Source: Solirubrobacterales bacterium
GTDB lineage: Bacteria; Actinomycetota; Thermoleophilia; Solirubrobacterales; Solirubrobacteraceae
Assembly (NCBI GenBank): GCA_038327685.1
Contig: JBBQLH010000002.1
Location: forward strand, 11,147 to 75,146
Direction: 5' to 3'
DNA length: 64,000 bases
Part shown: piece by piece, positions 45,653-55,322 of the stretch
Numbering within the stretch: position 1 is the stretch's first letter
Layout of the letters: the number at the start of each line of letters is the position of its first letter
Position numbers and translations under genes: made by a program
The notes under the pieces: generated by a model
Told to the model about the DNA's origin: nothing
Databases searched by the model: none
What the model saw: only the letters and a program-made list of their open reading frames with translations

Positions 45653-47055
45653 GATTGGGCCCTCCCTGGCCGGAACCTGGGTTGTGGGAATTCGATGCCC
45701 CGAGGTGCGAGAGCGGCGGTCGGGAACGTCGTCCGCCCGCGCTCTCGCTCGGCTGCGGCCAGGCGCCAGCAGGCACCGGCCAACCCGATCACCAACGCAT
45801 AGACGTTGGCGAACATCGGAAAAGACAGGGAGTCGAAGGTCAGCGAGCACACGGGCGCGACAAATCCGGCGCCGGCCAGCGCGGCACACAGGATGCGGAG
45901 CTCCGGATTCGTGCTCCGCCTCCGCGCGACGAGCGCGACGAGCGCCGGAACGAGTAGGAAGACGATGAGCGCCAGGACTCCGACCAGGCCAAGCTCCACC
46001 ACGGCGTCCAAGTACTGATTGTCGAAGATGTTCAGTTCATCGGTAGGAAGCCAGGTACCGGGGCCGTGGCCGAGCCATGGGGCGAGCTGCCAGACCTGCT
46101 CGGCCAGCGGATAGTCGTGGGTGCGATACAGGATCGATGAATCGCTGGAGGCCCCGGAGAAGAAACCCGTGAGGGTGCCGAGCAACCCGTGCGCCGACAC
46201 GAATATCCCGGCCAGCGCAATCGGCAGGGCACCCAGAGCAGCCAAGCGCGGCAGCGGCGGCAGGAGCACGACGAGCACGGCGAGCGCCACGATGACCGAA
46301 AGGATCGCCGAGCGCGACACCGAGGTCGCGACGCCGAGGGTGATCAGCGTCAGCGGAGCCCATCGCCTGAACGGGCTCTTGGCCCGGTCATACAGCCCAA
46401 GACAGACCGCCAGGGGAATCAGCATTCCCGCTACGACACCGAGCTCGATGGCACTGATGGCGGTGCCCGCAGAGCGGTTCAAGGATCCGCGGGCCACGAT
46501 GGCGGGATTGTCGTGGTTCACGGTGAACCCGGGCAGCTCGCGCAGGTATTGGGCGAGGTCGAAGCCCATCCAGTACTGCAGCGCGGCGACGAGTCCGCAG
46601 AACGCGCCCCCCCAGCACAACACCCGCACCACCCGCATCGCGTCGTGCAGGGAGCGCAGCCACTCGGAGGCGACCAGCACGACCCCCGTGATCACCGCAA
46701 AGCGGATCAAGACGCGATCGGCGTTGGCGAGCGCCATCCCGGTCAGCCGACCGTGGTCCATGAAGATGTAGGACGCAAGCACGGAGACCCAGATCACGCA
46801 GAGCACGCCCTGGATCGGGCGCGAGTGGCGAGTTGGATCATGGGAACCGAGCAGGACGCTCGTGGCGAATACGCCGAACACGAACACGCCAACCAGCGAG
46901 GCGGGATATCCGGCCGCGCCGACCGGCTTGAACACGGTGTCCGACGGGATCACCATCAACGCAAGCGCGAACAGCTGGAGCATCACGACGCCATTCGGGC
47001 GCGATGACCCCTCGTCGGCGGTTGTGCGGGGATGGGAGAGTGCGGCGGCGTTCAC
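45649..47055 (-). CDS. O-antigen polymerase/ligase family membrane protein (Wzy-like)
   Basis: Polytopic protein of about 12 TM helices with a large loop carrying the SRSAILSVIVAL motif region. Codon usage is visibly less GC-rich. Confidence 0.75.
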   Translation of the reverse strand: MNAAALSHPRTTADEGSSRPNGVVMLQLFALALMVIPSDTVFKPVGAAGYPASLVGVFVFGVFATSVLLGSHDPTRHSRPIQGVLCVIWVSVLASYIFMDHGRLTGMALANADRVLIRFAVITGVVLVASEWLRSLHDAMRVVRVLCWGGAFCGLVAALQYWMGFDLAQYLRELPGFTVNHDNPAIVARGSLNRSAGTAISAIELGVVAGMLIPLAVCLGLYDRAKSPFRRWAPLTLITLGVATSVSRSAILSVIVALAVLVVLLPPLPRLAALGALPIALAGIFVSAHGLLGTLTGFFSGASSDSSILYRTHDYPLAEQVWQLAPWLGHGPGTWLPTDELNIFDNQYLDAVVELGLVGVLALIVFLLVPALVALVARRRSTNPELRILCAALAGAGFVAPVCSLTFDSLSFPMFANVYALVIGLAGACWRLAAAERERGRTTFPTAALAPRGIEFPQPRFRPGRAQS

Positions 47056-47155
47056 TGAGCTCGCCTAACGAACGGCTCGCCGGCATCGAATCTTGTGCGC
47101 GAGGCAAAGCCATGTCTCTTGGAAGCGCAGGGCCCGCGCATCCGTTGAGAGTCGT

Positions 47156-48682
47156 ATGGATCGAACCGAGCACGAAGCTGCCCCGCGCATGGAGCGCCTC
47201 GTCGGTATAGGAATCACGTGGAAGCTGGCGGGCCAGGTCGCGGTGCAGCTCAGTCGCCTGCTCACGGTCGCGGTCTTGGCACGCCTCTTGACCCCGCACG
47301 ACTACGGCGCAGCGGCGATCGCGATCGTGCTCGCGTCGTTCGCGCCGCAGGTGGCCGACATGGGCATCGGGTCCGCTCTCGTACAGGCCGAGACGGCGCC
47401 GCGAGCGGTCCGCTCGACGACGTTCTGGGCATCGGTCGCCTCCGGCGTCGGCCTCTTTCTGATCACGGCGGCCGCGGCTGAGCCGGTGGCGCGGTTCGTG
47501 GGCGAACCGGAGGTCGCCGGGATGGTCGTCGCCGGCGGGCTCACCTTCGCGATCTATTCCCTGGGGTCGGCGAGCCAGGCCGTGTACCTGCGCGAGATGA
47601 GGTTCCGCAGCAGCGAGCTGCGCAACTGGCTCGCACTCCTCGCCGGAGCCGTGGTCGCGATCATCGCAGCGGCCGGCGGAGCGGGGCCCTGGGCTCTGGC
47701 CCTGCAGCAGATCGCATACATGGGCACCCTGGTCGCCGCACTTTGGTTCCGTGCGGGATGGCGCCCGACGCTGGAGTTCTCGCGCCCGGCGTTTCGCGAG
47801 CTGCGCTCGTTCGCGATCCGGATCGCGGGCGGTCGCTGGGCCCGGCTGATCGAGCTGCTCGTCCTCACGCTGCTGATCGGAAAGCTCGCGAGCGTCGCCG
47901 AGCTCGGCGCATGGGCCTTCGGGATGAGCATGGTCGTCCTCCCGCTGAGCCTGATCGCGATCCCGATCGCGGAGGTGCTCTTCTCGGCCTTCTCCCGTCT
48001 CCGCAACGAGCCGGAGCGCATGGCCGCCCTCTGGCTCGACAGCATCGGCTACCTGGCGGCGGTCCTGCTGCCGCTCCTGCTCGGCCTGATGGTCGTCGCC
48101 CCCGATCTGATCCCGACCGTGTTCGGATCGCGCTGGGAGGTCTCGGTCGGCGTCGTGCAGATCCTCAGCGTCTACGTCCTCATCCGCGGCCTTCAGTCGT
48201 GGGGCTCCGTGTACATGGACGCCGTCGGCCGGCCCGAGGTGACGTTCTGGACCCAGCTCGCGTCCCTCTGCCTGACGCCGCTGGCGGTCGTGGTCGGCGT
48301 CCACTGGGGGATCGAGGGGGTCGCGGCATGCTTCGTCGTCTGCCAGATGATCGCGGTCGAGATCCCGATGTTCGTCATCGTCCTCTCCCAGATGCGCGTC
48401 TCACCGCGGACCTTGGCCGGGCGCGTGTCCGGCATCGCCGTCGCCTCGCTCTTGATGACGCTCGCCTGCGTGCTCGGACGCTCGGCGCTCGAGTCGGCCG
48501 GCGTCGGCATGGCCGGGCGCGCCGCCCTGACGATCGCCCTCGGACTCGCCGTCTACGCGCCCGCGCTGTGGTGGCTTGCCCCTCACGTCAGCCGGCGGGT
48601 GTTCGGGATCGGCAGGAGTCGCCTGACGAAGCTGATCGACGCCCGCCGGCGGCGGGCCGTCCTGCAGCCGGAGCACGGATGA
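47156..48682 (+). CDS. Wzx-type polysaccharide flippase (MOP superfamily)
   Basis: Polytopic (about 14 hydrophobic segments by eye). N-terminal WKLAGQVAVQLSRLLTVAVLARLLTPHDYG is typical of Polysacc_synt proteins. Alternative start at 47189. Confidence 0.8.
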   Translation: MDRTEHEAAPRMERLVGIGITWKLAGQVAVQLSRLLTVAVLARLLTPHDYGAAAIAIVLASFAPQVADMGIGSALVQAETAPRAVRSTTFWASVASGVGLFLITAAAAEPVARFVGEPEVAGMVVAGGLTFAIYSLGSASQAVYLREMRFRSSELRNWLALLAGAVVAIIAAAGGAGPWALALQQIAYMGTLVAALWFRAGWRPTLEFSRPAFRELRSFAIRIAGGRWARLIELLVLTLLIGKLASVAELGAWAFGMSMVVLPLSLIAIPIAEVLFSAFSRLRNEPERMAALWLDSIGYLAAVLLPLLLGLMVVAPDLIPTVFGSRWEVSVGVVQILSVYVLIRGLQSWGSVYMDAVGRPEVTFWTQLASLCLTPLAVVVGVHWGIEGVAACFVVCQMIAVEIPMFVIVLSQMRVSPRTLAGRVSGIAVASLLMTLACVLGRSALESAGVGMAGRAALTIALGLAVYAPALWWLAPHVSRRVFGIGRSRLTKLIDARRRRAVLQPEHG

Positions 48683-49578
48683 GCGCCGGGAACACTCCGC
48701 CCGCGCTCTCGGTCGGCCTGGCCGTGCGCAACGACCCGCAGGGCGTCAGGCGCTGCATCGAGTCGGTGCTGTCCCAGGACTTCACGGACATCGAACTCGT
48801 GATCTGCGACAACGCCTCCGACGACGACACCGTCGCAACGCTGGAGGAGTACGCGCGCGCAGACCGGCGGGTCACCGTCGCGGTCAATCCCGTCAATATC
48901 GGCTTGCACGAGAACATGAACCGCGTCCTCGAGCTGTCGGGCGGCACCCTGTTTCGCTGGATCAGCGCCGACGACTGGCTCGAGCCGGCCGCTCTGTCGG
49001 AATGCGTGCGAGCGCTCGAGCGTCGCCCCGACGCCGTCGGCGTCACCTCGGGTTTCACGATCCACACACCGGGCGCGGCGCCCCGCTACGAGCAGTACGC
49101 CGGCGAGTTCCCGAGCTCCCCGGAGGCGAGTCGCCGCTTCGAGCGCATGCTGTGGTTCTTCCACGCCGGCGACGCCAAGTACGATCCCGTCTACGGCGTC
49201 TACCGCCGCGAGCAGCTGGTTCGATCGGGCCGGATCCGTCAGAACGAGCGCACCGACTGGCTGCTGAGCGCCGAGCTGGCGCTCGCCGGGCCGATCCCCC
49301 ACGTCCACGACCTGCTCGCACATCGCACGCGCACCTACCCGACCACGGTCGACCGTGCCGCGTTCAGGCGCCGTCTGGACCCGTCGGCGGGTGAGCGGTT
49401 GAAGACCTCTCCCACCAGCCTGTCCCGCGACCTCTACGCACTCGCGCGGTCGGCGAACCTGACCGAGACGCAGCTGCGTCGGTGCCGGAGCGCCCTGTGG
49501 CGCTTCTGGGTACGCGAGGCCGGGCGCACCGCCCGGACGCACCTGGCGGACGCCTTCCATCGCGCGCTCCGGCGCTGA
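48679..49578 (+). CDS. family 2 glycosyltransferase
   Basis: ATGA coupling to wzx. LSVGLAVRND, ICDNASDDDT, ISADDW. Confidence 0.8.
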   Translation: MSAGNTPPALSVGLAVRNDPQGVRRCIESVLSQDFTDIELVICDNASDDDTVATLEEYARADRRVTVAVNPVNIGLHENMNRVLELSGGTLFRWISADDWLEPAALSECVRALERRPDAVGVTSGFTIHTPGAAPRYEQYAGEFPSSPEASRRFERMLWFFHAGDAKYDPVYGVYRREQLVRSGRIRQNERTDWLLSAELALAGPIPHVHDLLAHRTRTYPTTVDRAAFRRRLDPSAGERLKTSPTSLSRDLYALARSANLTETQLRRCRSALWRFWVREAGRTARTHLADAFHRALRR

Positions 49579-49632
49579 CCTGCGAGCGGCGGGAGCGGCG
49601 GGCACCCAGCGCTCGCGCGATCCCGGGGCGCG

Positions 49633-50685
49633 TCAGTGCGGCCCACGGGGCTGCGACGCGCTCATGGCCACCATCGGCAGCGACGCCCCGGTCGTCCCCG
49701 CTGCGGCCTGCGCCGGGTCCTCGACGCGCACCAGCCATGCCTCGCGCCAATACGCGTAGATCTCGCGCGGGCAGAACCAGCGGCCCGTGCTGCACTCGCC
49801 CGAGCACACGGAACCCTCGAGGATGATGGCGTCCTTGCGGATCCGGATCATCCGGCCGGTCGACTCCTCGATGATCTGGTTGACCGGGGCCTTGACCCGG
49901 AGTGTCTGCCCGCAGTAGCGCAGCATCTCGCGGTCGAACGAAAGCCCGCGATTCATCCCCTTGTCGTCAAGCGTGGCCTTGATCTCCTCCGGCGAGCGCA
50001 CCTGAACGAACTCGCCGGCCTGCAGGTGGAGCCGCTCAGTCTCCGGGGCCTCCGGCTGGGGGCCGCGCAGCGGCAGCTGGCTCGTCAGGCCCAGCCGGTG
50101 CGCCACCTCCATCACGAGCGCGCGCACCATCAGCCTGACGAACTGGAGGCGGCCGTAGTTGCCGTTGCGAAACTCGCGCCAATACTGGTCGGGGTCCTTG
50201 AAGACCCGCAGCTGCGAGGTGGCCTTGAGCGCCTCGGTGTTCTGGCAGCGCCAGGTCTCCTCGGTCTCCCCGTCGCGCACGGTGCGCGTCCCCGCCTCGA
50301 GGACCGCCTCGAGCTCTGGGGACGGCTCCTGGCGCACAGCTGGGGTATCGGCGTCGGCGTCGACGCGGCGAAGCCAGTCTTCCTTCCAGTACAGCCTGCA
50401 GCCGGCCTGACAACCGCCGTGGCCGGATCCGTCACAGCGCAGATCTTCGAGGTAGACGGTCGAGCGCAGCCGGCGGCTCCCCGTGGCGGTGACGGTGTCG
50501 CAGACCTTGTCGACCCGCCGCGACACGGTGTAGCGCCGACCCACGTGGCGCAGCATCTCCGGCATGAACGGCATCTTGTCCACGGCGTCGCCGTCGAGCG
50601 TCGACAGGATCTCGGCGGCGGACCTGACCTCGACGATGTCCCCAGGCCGCAAGGGCCGTTCACCTGCGGAATTCACGGTGTCCAC
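49633..50685 (-). CDS. Cys-rich protein with two tandem ~100-aa repeats, function unknown
   Basis: GTG start preceded by CAGGAG. Repeat 1: LRPGDIVEVRSAAEILSTLD...PEMLRHVGRRYTV...CDGSGHGGCQAGC..YWKEDWLRRV. Repeat 2: LQAGEFVQVRSPEEIKATLD...REMLRYCGQTLRV...CSGECSTGRWFC..YWREAWLVRV. Confidence 0.65.
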   Translation of the reverse strand: MDTVNSAGERPLRPGDIVEVRSAAEILSTLDGDAVDKMPFMPEMLRHVGRRYTVSRRVDKVCDTVTATGSRRLRSTVYLEDLRCDGSGHGGCQAGCRLYWKEDWLRRVDADADTPAVRQEPSPELEAVLEAGTRTVRDGETEETWRCQNTEALKATSQLRVFKDPDQYWREFRNGNYGRLQFVRLMVRALVMEVAHRLGLTSQLPLRGPQPEAPETERLHLQAGEFVQVRSPEEIKATLDDKGMNRGLSFDREMLRYCGQTLRVKAPVNQIIEESTGRMIRIRKDAIILEGSVCSGECSTGRWFCPREIYAYWREAWLVRVEDPAQAAAGTTGASLPMVAMSASQPRGPH

Positions 50686-50998
50686 TGAAGTCTCCTGTTC
50701 AAAGCGATCGCAAAGCGGTTCAAGCCTCGCAACCAACGAAGCGGCGGACCGATTACTTGCTCGATCGAAGGCTCAGAGCGGCGGCGGCTGAGCAAGGCTG
50801 GAGCGGTAGAGGTCAACGGTGCGAGCAAGCCCCTCGGCCAAGGGCGTCCGCGCATGCCAGCGTAACGCCTCCGAGGCCAGCGAGTTGATCGGGTCGGCGA
50901 GCAGTTTCCGGGCGTCGCGTACGAAATGGCCGCCGGCAGCCGTTTGTGTGTCTAGAGGCCCTCTCCCGGGGACCCCTACCACGTATTCGGCAGGCCCT

Positions 50999-51004
50999 AG
51001 GAGG
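50999..51004 (+). promoter_or_regulatory. Shine-Dalgarno AGGAGG for the SDR gene
   Basis: Lies 4 nt upstream of the TTG at 51009. Confidence 0.55.
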
Positions 51005-51008
51005 TCTC

Positions 51009-52049
51009 TTGCGCGTTCTCGTCACCGGCCACCACGGCTACATCGGCACGGTTCTGGTCCCGCTCGCCCAGCGGGCCGGCCACGAGGTGGTCGGGCTCGA
51101 CTCGGATCTGTTCGCCCCATGCGTCTTCGGGACGGCCCCGGCCGAGATCGAGTCTCTGTGCAAGGACGTCCGCGACGTCGAGGTCTCCGACCTCGAGCCG
51201 TTCGACGCCGTCCTGCACCTCGCTGCCGTCTGCAACGACCCGGTCGGCGACCTCAACCCGCAGACGACCTACGACATCAACCAGATCGCCTCCGCGCGGC
51301 TCGCCGAGAAGGCCAAGCAGGCCGGCGTCTCGCGCTTCGTCTTCTTCTCCTCCTGTAGCCTCTACGGCAAGGGCCCGGGCGTGGACGCGCTTGACGAGAC
51401 CGCCGGGTTCGCGCCCCAGACGGCCTACGGCCATTCCAAGGTCCTCGCCGAGCAGGACATCTCCCCGCTCGCGGACGGCGACTTCACCCCGACCTACCTG
51501 CGCAACGCGACGGCCTACGGCGTGTCACCGCGACTGCGTCTCGACGTCGTGGTCAACAACCTCGTCGGCTGGGCGCACACGACCGGTGAGATCGTGCTCC
51601 AGAGCGACGGCACCCCGTGGCGCCCGCTCGTGCACATCGAGGACATCTCGCGCGCCGCGCTGGCGGTGCTCGAGGCCCCGCGCGAGCTGGTCCATGACCA
51701 GGCGTTCAACGTCGGCTCGACGGACGAGAACTACACGATCCGCGAGGTCGCCGAGATCGTCGCCGGGGTCACCGGCGCCACGGCAAGGTTCGCCGCGGGC
51801 GGCGGCGAGCCGGACACCCGCTCCTATCGCGTGGACTGCTCGAAGCTCGCACGCGTCCTGCCGGCCGCCGCGCCGCGATGGACGGTCAGGCGCGGCGCCG
51901 AGGAGCTCGCGCGCGCCTACGCCGAGTGGGGCATGACGGTCGACGACTTCACTGGTCCGCGCGGCCTGCGCATCAAGCGCGTCCGCGAGCTGCAGGACGC
52001 GGGCCGGCTCGACGAGGAACTGCGCTGGACGTCGGTCGCGGTCGGCTGA
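51009..52049 (+). CDS. NAD-dependent sugar epimerase/dehydratase (extended SDR)
   Basis: VLVTGHHGYIG Rossmann motif and YGHSK catalytic YxxxK. Confidence 0.85.
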   Translation: MRVLVTGHHGYIGTVLVPLAQRAGHEVVGLDSDLFAPCVFGTAPAEIESLCKDVRDVEVSDLEPFDAVLHLAAVCNDPVGDLNPQTTYDINQIASARLAEKAKQAGVSRFVFFSSCSLYGKGPGVDALDETAGFAPQTAYGHSKVLAEQDISPLADGDFTPTYLRNATAYGVSPRLRLDVVVNNLVGWAHTTGEIVLQSDGTPWRPLVHIEDISRAALAVLEAPRELVHDQAFNVGSTDENYTIREVAEIVAGVTGATARFAAGGGEPDTRSYRVDCSKLARVLPAAAPRWTVRRGAEELARAYAEWGMTVDDFTGPRGLRIKRVRELQDAGRLDEELRWTSVAVG

Positions 52050-52053
52050 CCCG

Positions 52054-52629
52054 ATGATCTTCACGCGCACGAAGCTGCGGGACGCGGCGATCATCGACGT
52101 CGAGCCCCGCGGCGACGAGCGCGGCGCTCTGTCGCGCGTGTTCTGCGAGCGGGAGTTCGCGGACCACGGGCTCCCGACGCGGTTCGTGCAGGCCAGCACG
52201 ATTCACAGCCCGCAGCGCCATACGCTCCGGGGCCTCCACTTCCAGGAGGCCCCGCACGCAGAGAACAAGCTCGTGCGCTGCACGCGCGGCGCCGTCTGGG
52301 TCGTGATGGTCGATCTCCGCCCGGACTCGCCGAGTCACCTCGACTGGCTCGGTGTCGACCTGACCCCCGAGAACCGGCGCCAGCTGCTCGTCCCGGAGGG
52401 CTTCGCGCAGGGGTACCAGACGCTGGTCGACGACTGCGAGGTCGTCTACCAGATGACCCACGAGTACGTGCCCGAGGCCGCGAGCGGCGTGCGCTGGGAT
52501 GACCCGGCCGTCGGCATCGAGTGGCCGCCGGCCGAGGAGCGGCTCATCTCCGAGCGAGACCAGGCGTGGCCGGACTACCGGTCGGTCCCAGCAACTCCGC
52601 CTGCTCGAGCCGCTCAGCCGCACGTCTGA
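52054..52629 (+). CDS. NDP-4-dehydro-6-deoxyhexose 3,5-epimerase (RmlC-like cupin)
   Basis: RGLHFQ, KLVRCTRGAVWVVMVDLR, VPEGFAQGYQTL, and a Y in VYQMT. Confidence 0.85.
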   Translation: MIFTRTKLRDAAIIDVEPRGDERGALSRVFCEREFADHGLPTRFVQASTIHSPQRHTLRGLHFQEAPHAENKLVRCTRGAVWVVMVDLRPDSPSHLDWLGVDLTPENRRQLLVPEGFAQGYQTLVDDCEVVYQMTHEYVPEAASGVRWDDPAVGIEWPPAEERLISERDQAWPDYRSVPATPPARAAQPHV

Positions 52630-53851
52630 TGACCCGGTACGCGATGCCGGAGCGGTCGGCGATGTCGACCAGCGACGCGTCCCCGTCGCTCAGGTTGAGC
52701 ACCCACAGAAGCGCCCGCTCGTCGTCCGGCGACGACACGGCCCCGCCGGCCGACCGGTAGAGGCCGCGGCGCCCGAGCTGCGGCTCACCGTAGGGGCTGA
52801 GGTTGGTGAAGCGGCGATTGGTCTCGAGCACGTCCACGATCGCGAGGCACGTGTCCACGGCCTCGGCGAGTGACTCGGGCCGGATCCGCTCGAGCGAGTC
52901 CGCCGAAGTGTGGTAACCGTCGAACTCGCCGTGTGGCGTGCGCATCAGCGTCCCGACGGGCAGGTTGAACCCCGGCGAGCAGAACTGGCGCTCGTCGCCG
53001 CCCCAGGGATCCCAGTCGAGGATCCTGTGCGGCCTGCCCGAGTCGCGCAGCACCATCGCGACGGCGCGGTCGACCTCGGCGTCGCCGCGCCGGCTGCGCT
53101 TGTACGTCAGGCCGCCGTCGTCGCCGATGCAGGAGAGGGTCAGTCCGTGCGCGATCCGGTCGAGCGTGTCCCGGTTCTCGTGCAGCCAGGACAGCGGGCC
53201 GATCGTGCCCGGGGCGAACACGATCCGGTAGGTGTGGCGCAGCCGGCGCTGCGAGAGCTCCTTCGCCAGCATCGCGGCCACCGCGACGCCCGAGAGGTTG
53301 TCGTTGGCGAGCGACGGGTGGCAGACGTAGGTCGAGATCAGCACCTCCTCGTCGCCGGAGCCGTCGAGGACGACCTCGCCATAGGTGAGATGGCCGGGCT
53401 CGAGCGTGGAGTCGATCACCACCTCATAGTCGCCCGGCTCGAGCTCGGCCAGGCGGCGGTGCGGCAGGCAGAAGCCCCAGGTGCGCGAGTAATACGACGT
53501 TCGGTACGGGATCAGGTCCGGCTGCTCGGGGAGGGTGAACAGGCGCTCCCGCAGCTGCTCGAGCGGCAGCGTGGCGCGCACCGGCTCGCTGTAGGACACG
53601 ACGTGCAGCGAGGACTCGCGGAAGTCGATCACGCGCGTGCCGTCCGGCGCCGCCACGTACGCGTCGCGGAGGTTCCACTCGTCGGGCACGATCCAATCGA
53701 ACACCTGCGTGCCGCTCGGCACCTCGGTGCGCGTGATCGGTATGTGCTCGGAGAGGATGTCGAACGTCTCCCGCACACCGTCGCCGGTCAGGCTGCGACA
53801 CAGCGGGTACAGGCGGCGCATGAGCTCGTACGCGGTCTCCTCCGTGCTCAA
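52544..53851 (-). CDS. aminopeptidase-like (M28-fold) DUF4910-type protein with C-terminal winged helix
   Basis: [45 protein letters not shown] coupling to the upstream PIG-L stop. Alternative starts at 53908 and 53821. Confidence 0.7.
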   Translation of the reverse strand: MSTEETAYELMRRLYPLCRSLTGDGVRETFDILSEHIPITRTEVPSGTQVFDWIVPDEWNLRDAYVAAPDGTRVIDFRESSLHVVSYSEPVRATLPLEQLRERLFTLPEQPDLIPYRTSYYSRTWGFCLPHRRLAELEPGDYEVVIDSTLEPGHLTYGEVVLDGSGDEEVLISTYVCHPSLANDNLSGVAVAAMLAKELSQRRLRHTYRIVFAPGTIGPLSWLHENRDTLDRIAHGLTLSCIGDDGGLTYKRSRRGDAEVDRAVAMVLRDSGRPHRILDWDPWGGDERQFCSPGFNLPVGTLMRTPHGEFDGYHTSADSLERIRPESLAEAVDTCLAIVDVLETNRRFTNLSPYGEPQLGRRGLYRSAGGAVSSPDDERALLWVLNLSDGDASLVDIADRSGIAYRVIRRAAERLEQAELLGPTGSPATPGLARR

Positions 53852-54504
53852 CCGAGCACCGCCTTGCGGCAGTAGAAGGCCTCCGCGTACGAGGTCGGCG
53901 AGTTGCACTCCATGCCGCGCAGCCGCATCAGTCCGGAGAACAGGTCCTCGTTGAACCAGCGCTTGGGCACCTGCGTGCCGAAATGCGTCATCAGGTGGTC
54001 GATCTTGCGCCGGCAGATCTCGTCCTCGAGCGTCACGAAGACGTTCGGCCGGCCCATGTCGCCGTCGTACTTGGGCACCTCGTACTCGAGGATGAAGTGG
54101 TCGCGAAACGTGTTCCAGGTCAGCTCGCAGGCGGTGCGGTGGTCCTGGTGGAGGTCGTGGCGCTGGTGCGTGAGGATGAGGTCGGGCGAGAAGTCACGCT
54201 TGACCTCCTCGAAGAACCCCTTCACCGCGGCCCCCTCATAGGGAAGGAATCCGTCGCGGAAGTCGCGCTGGAGGATCAGCGTCTCGGGCGCGCCCTCGAG
54301 GATCGCCTCGGCGCTGGAGCGTGCCTCCTGAGCGCGCGCCTGCTCGCCGGTGAGCACGAGCCAGCAGACCGCCGAGATCGCGCCGTCGCGGATCAGTCGG
54401 AGGATCGTCCCTCCGCACCCGATCTCGGCGTCGTCCGGATGGGCGCCGATCGCGAGCACGCGGATGGGGGCCGCCCCGGGGCGGCCCATCTGTAGCGGCA
54501 GCAT
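53848..54504 (-). CDS. PIG-L/LmbE-family N-acetylglucosaminyl deacetylase
   Basis: [17 protein letters not shown] and HQDH metal-binding motifs. Confidence 0.85.
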   Translation of the reverse strand: MLPLQMGRPGAAPIRVLAIGAHPDDAEIGCGGTILRLIRDGAISAVCWLVLTGEQARAQEARSSAEAILEGAPETLILQRDFRDGFLPYEGAAVKGFFEEVKRDFSPDLILTHQRHDLHQDHRTACELTWNTFRDHFILEYEVPKYDGDMGRPNVFVTLEDEICRRKIDHLMTHFGTQVPKRWFNEDLFSGLMRLRGMECNSPTSYAEAFYCRKAVLG

Positions 54505-55322
54505 CAGGCGGAGGCTAGCTGCGCGACTTCAGAGCCGGCCTCAGGGCCGGCCGCCCACAGCTCCCACGGAGCCTGCCCGCTCTCGTGCAGGCTCTCGAGC
54601 CACTGCTTCTCCTTGAGCGTGTCCATCGGCGCCCAGAAGCCCTCGTGGCGGTGGGCCAGCACGCTGCCCGCGGCGATCGCCCTCTCGAGCGGCGCCTCGA
54701 CGAGATCCTCGCCAGGGCGCAGATCGTCCAGGAAGGACGAGCGCATGACGAAGTAGCCTCCGTTGATCCACATGTCGGACTTCGTGACGTCGCTGATCTT
54801 CGCCACGCGCCCGTCGTCGTTGACGTTGACCACGTGGAAGCTGTAGTTCGGCTTCACGGCGAGGAAGCTCGCGGAGACGCCCGTGGACTTCACACGCTCG
54901 ATCATCGTCGGCAGGTGCGCGTCGGTGAGCGTGTCGCCGTAGTTCGCCAGGAACATCTCGTCGTCGCGCAGGAGGTGCCGGACGGCCCGGAGCCGCTCGC
55001 CGATCGACGCGTGCAGCCCCGTGTCGACGAAGGTGATGTTCCAGTTGTGGATGTCGGTCTTGAGCAGATGGACCTTCGCACCGCCCTCGGAGAGGACGAA
55101 GTCGTTCGCCATCGCCTCGCTGTAGGTGAGGAAGAAGTGCTTGATCATCTCGGGCTTATAGCCGAGGCAGAGCACGAAGTCGGTGAGGCCGAAGTGCGCG
55201 TAGTACTTCATGACGTGCCACAGGATCGGCCGATTGCCGACCGGGATCATCGGCTTGGGTGCGACCTCGGAGGCCTCGCGCATGCGCAGGCCCTGGCCGC
55301 CGCAGAAGAGGACGACCTTCAC
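54504..55322 (-). CDS. rfbF: glucose-1-phosphate cytidylyltransferase
   Basis: [14 protein letters not shown]...[46 protein letters not shown] coupling to the upstream gene. Confidence 0.88.
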   Translation of the reverse strand: MKVVLFCGGQGLRMREASEVAPKPMIPVGNRPILWHVMKYYAHFGLTDFVLCLGYKPEMIKHFFLTYSEAMANDFVLSEGGAKVHLLKTDIHNWNITFVDTGLHASIGERLRAVRHLLRDDEMFLANYGDTLTDAHLPTMIERVKSTGVSASFLAVKPNYSFHVVNVNDDGRVAKISDVTKSDMWINGGYFVMRSSFLDDLRPGEDLVEAPLERAIAAGSVLAHRHEGFWAPMDTLKEKQWLESLHESGQAPWELWAAGPEAGSEVAQLASA

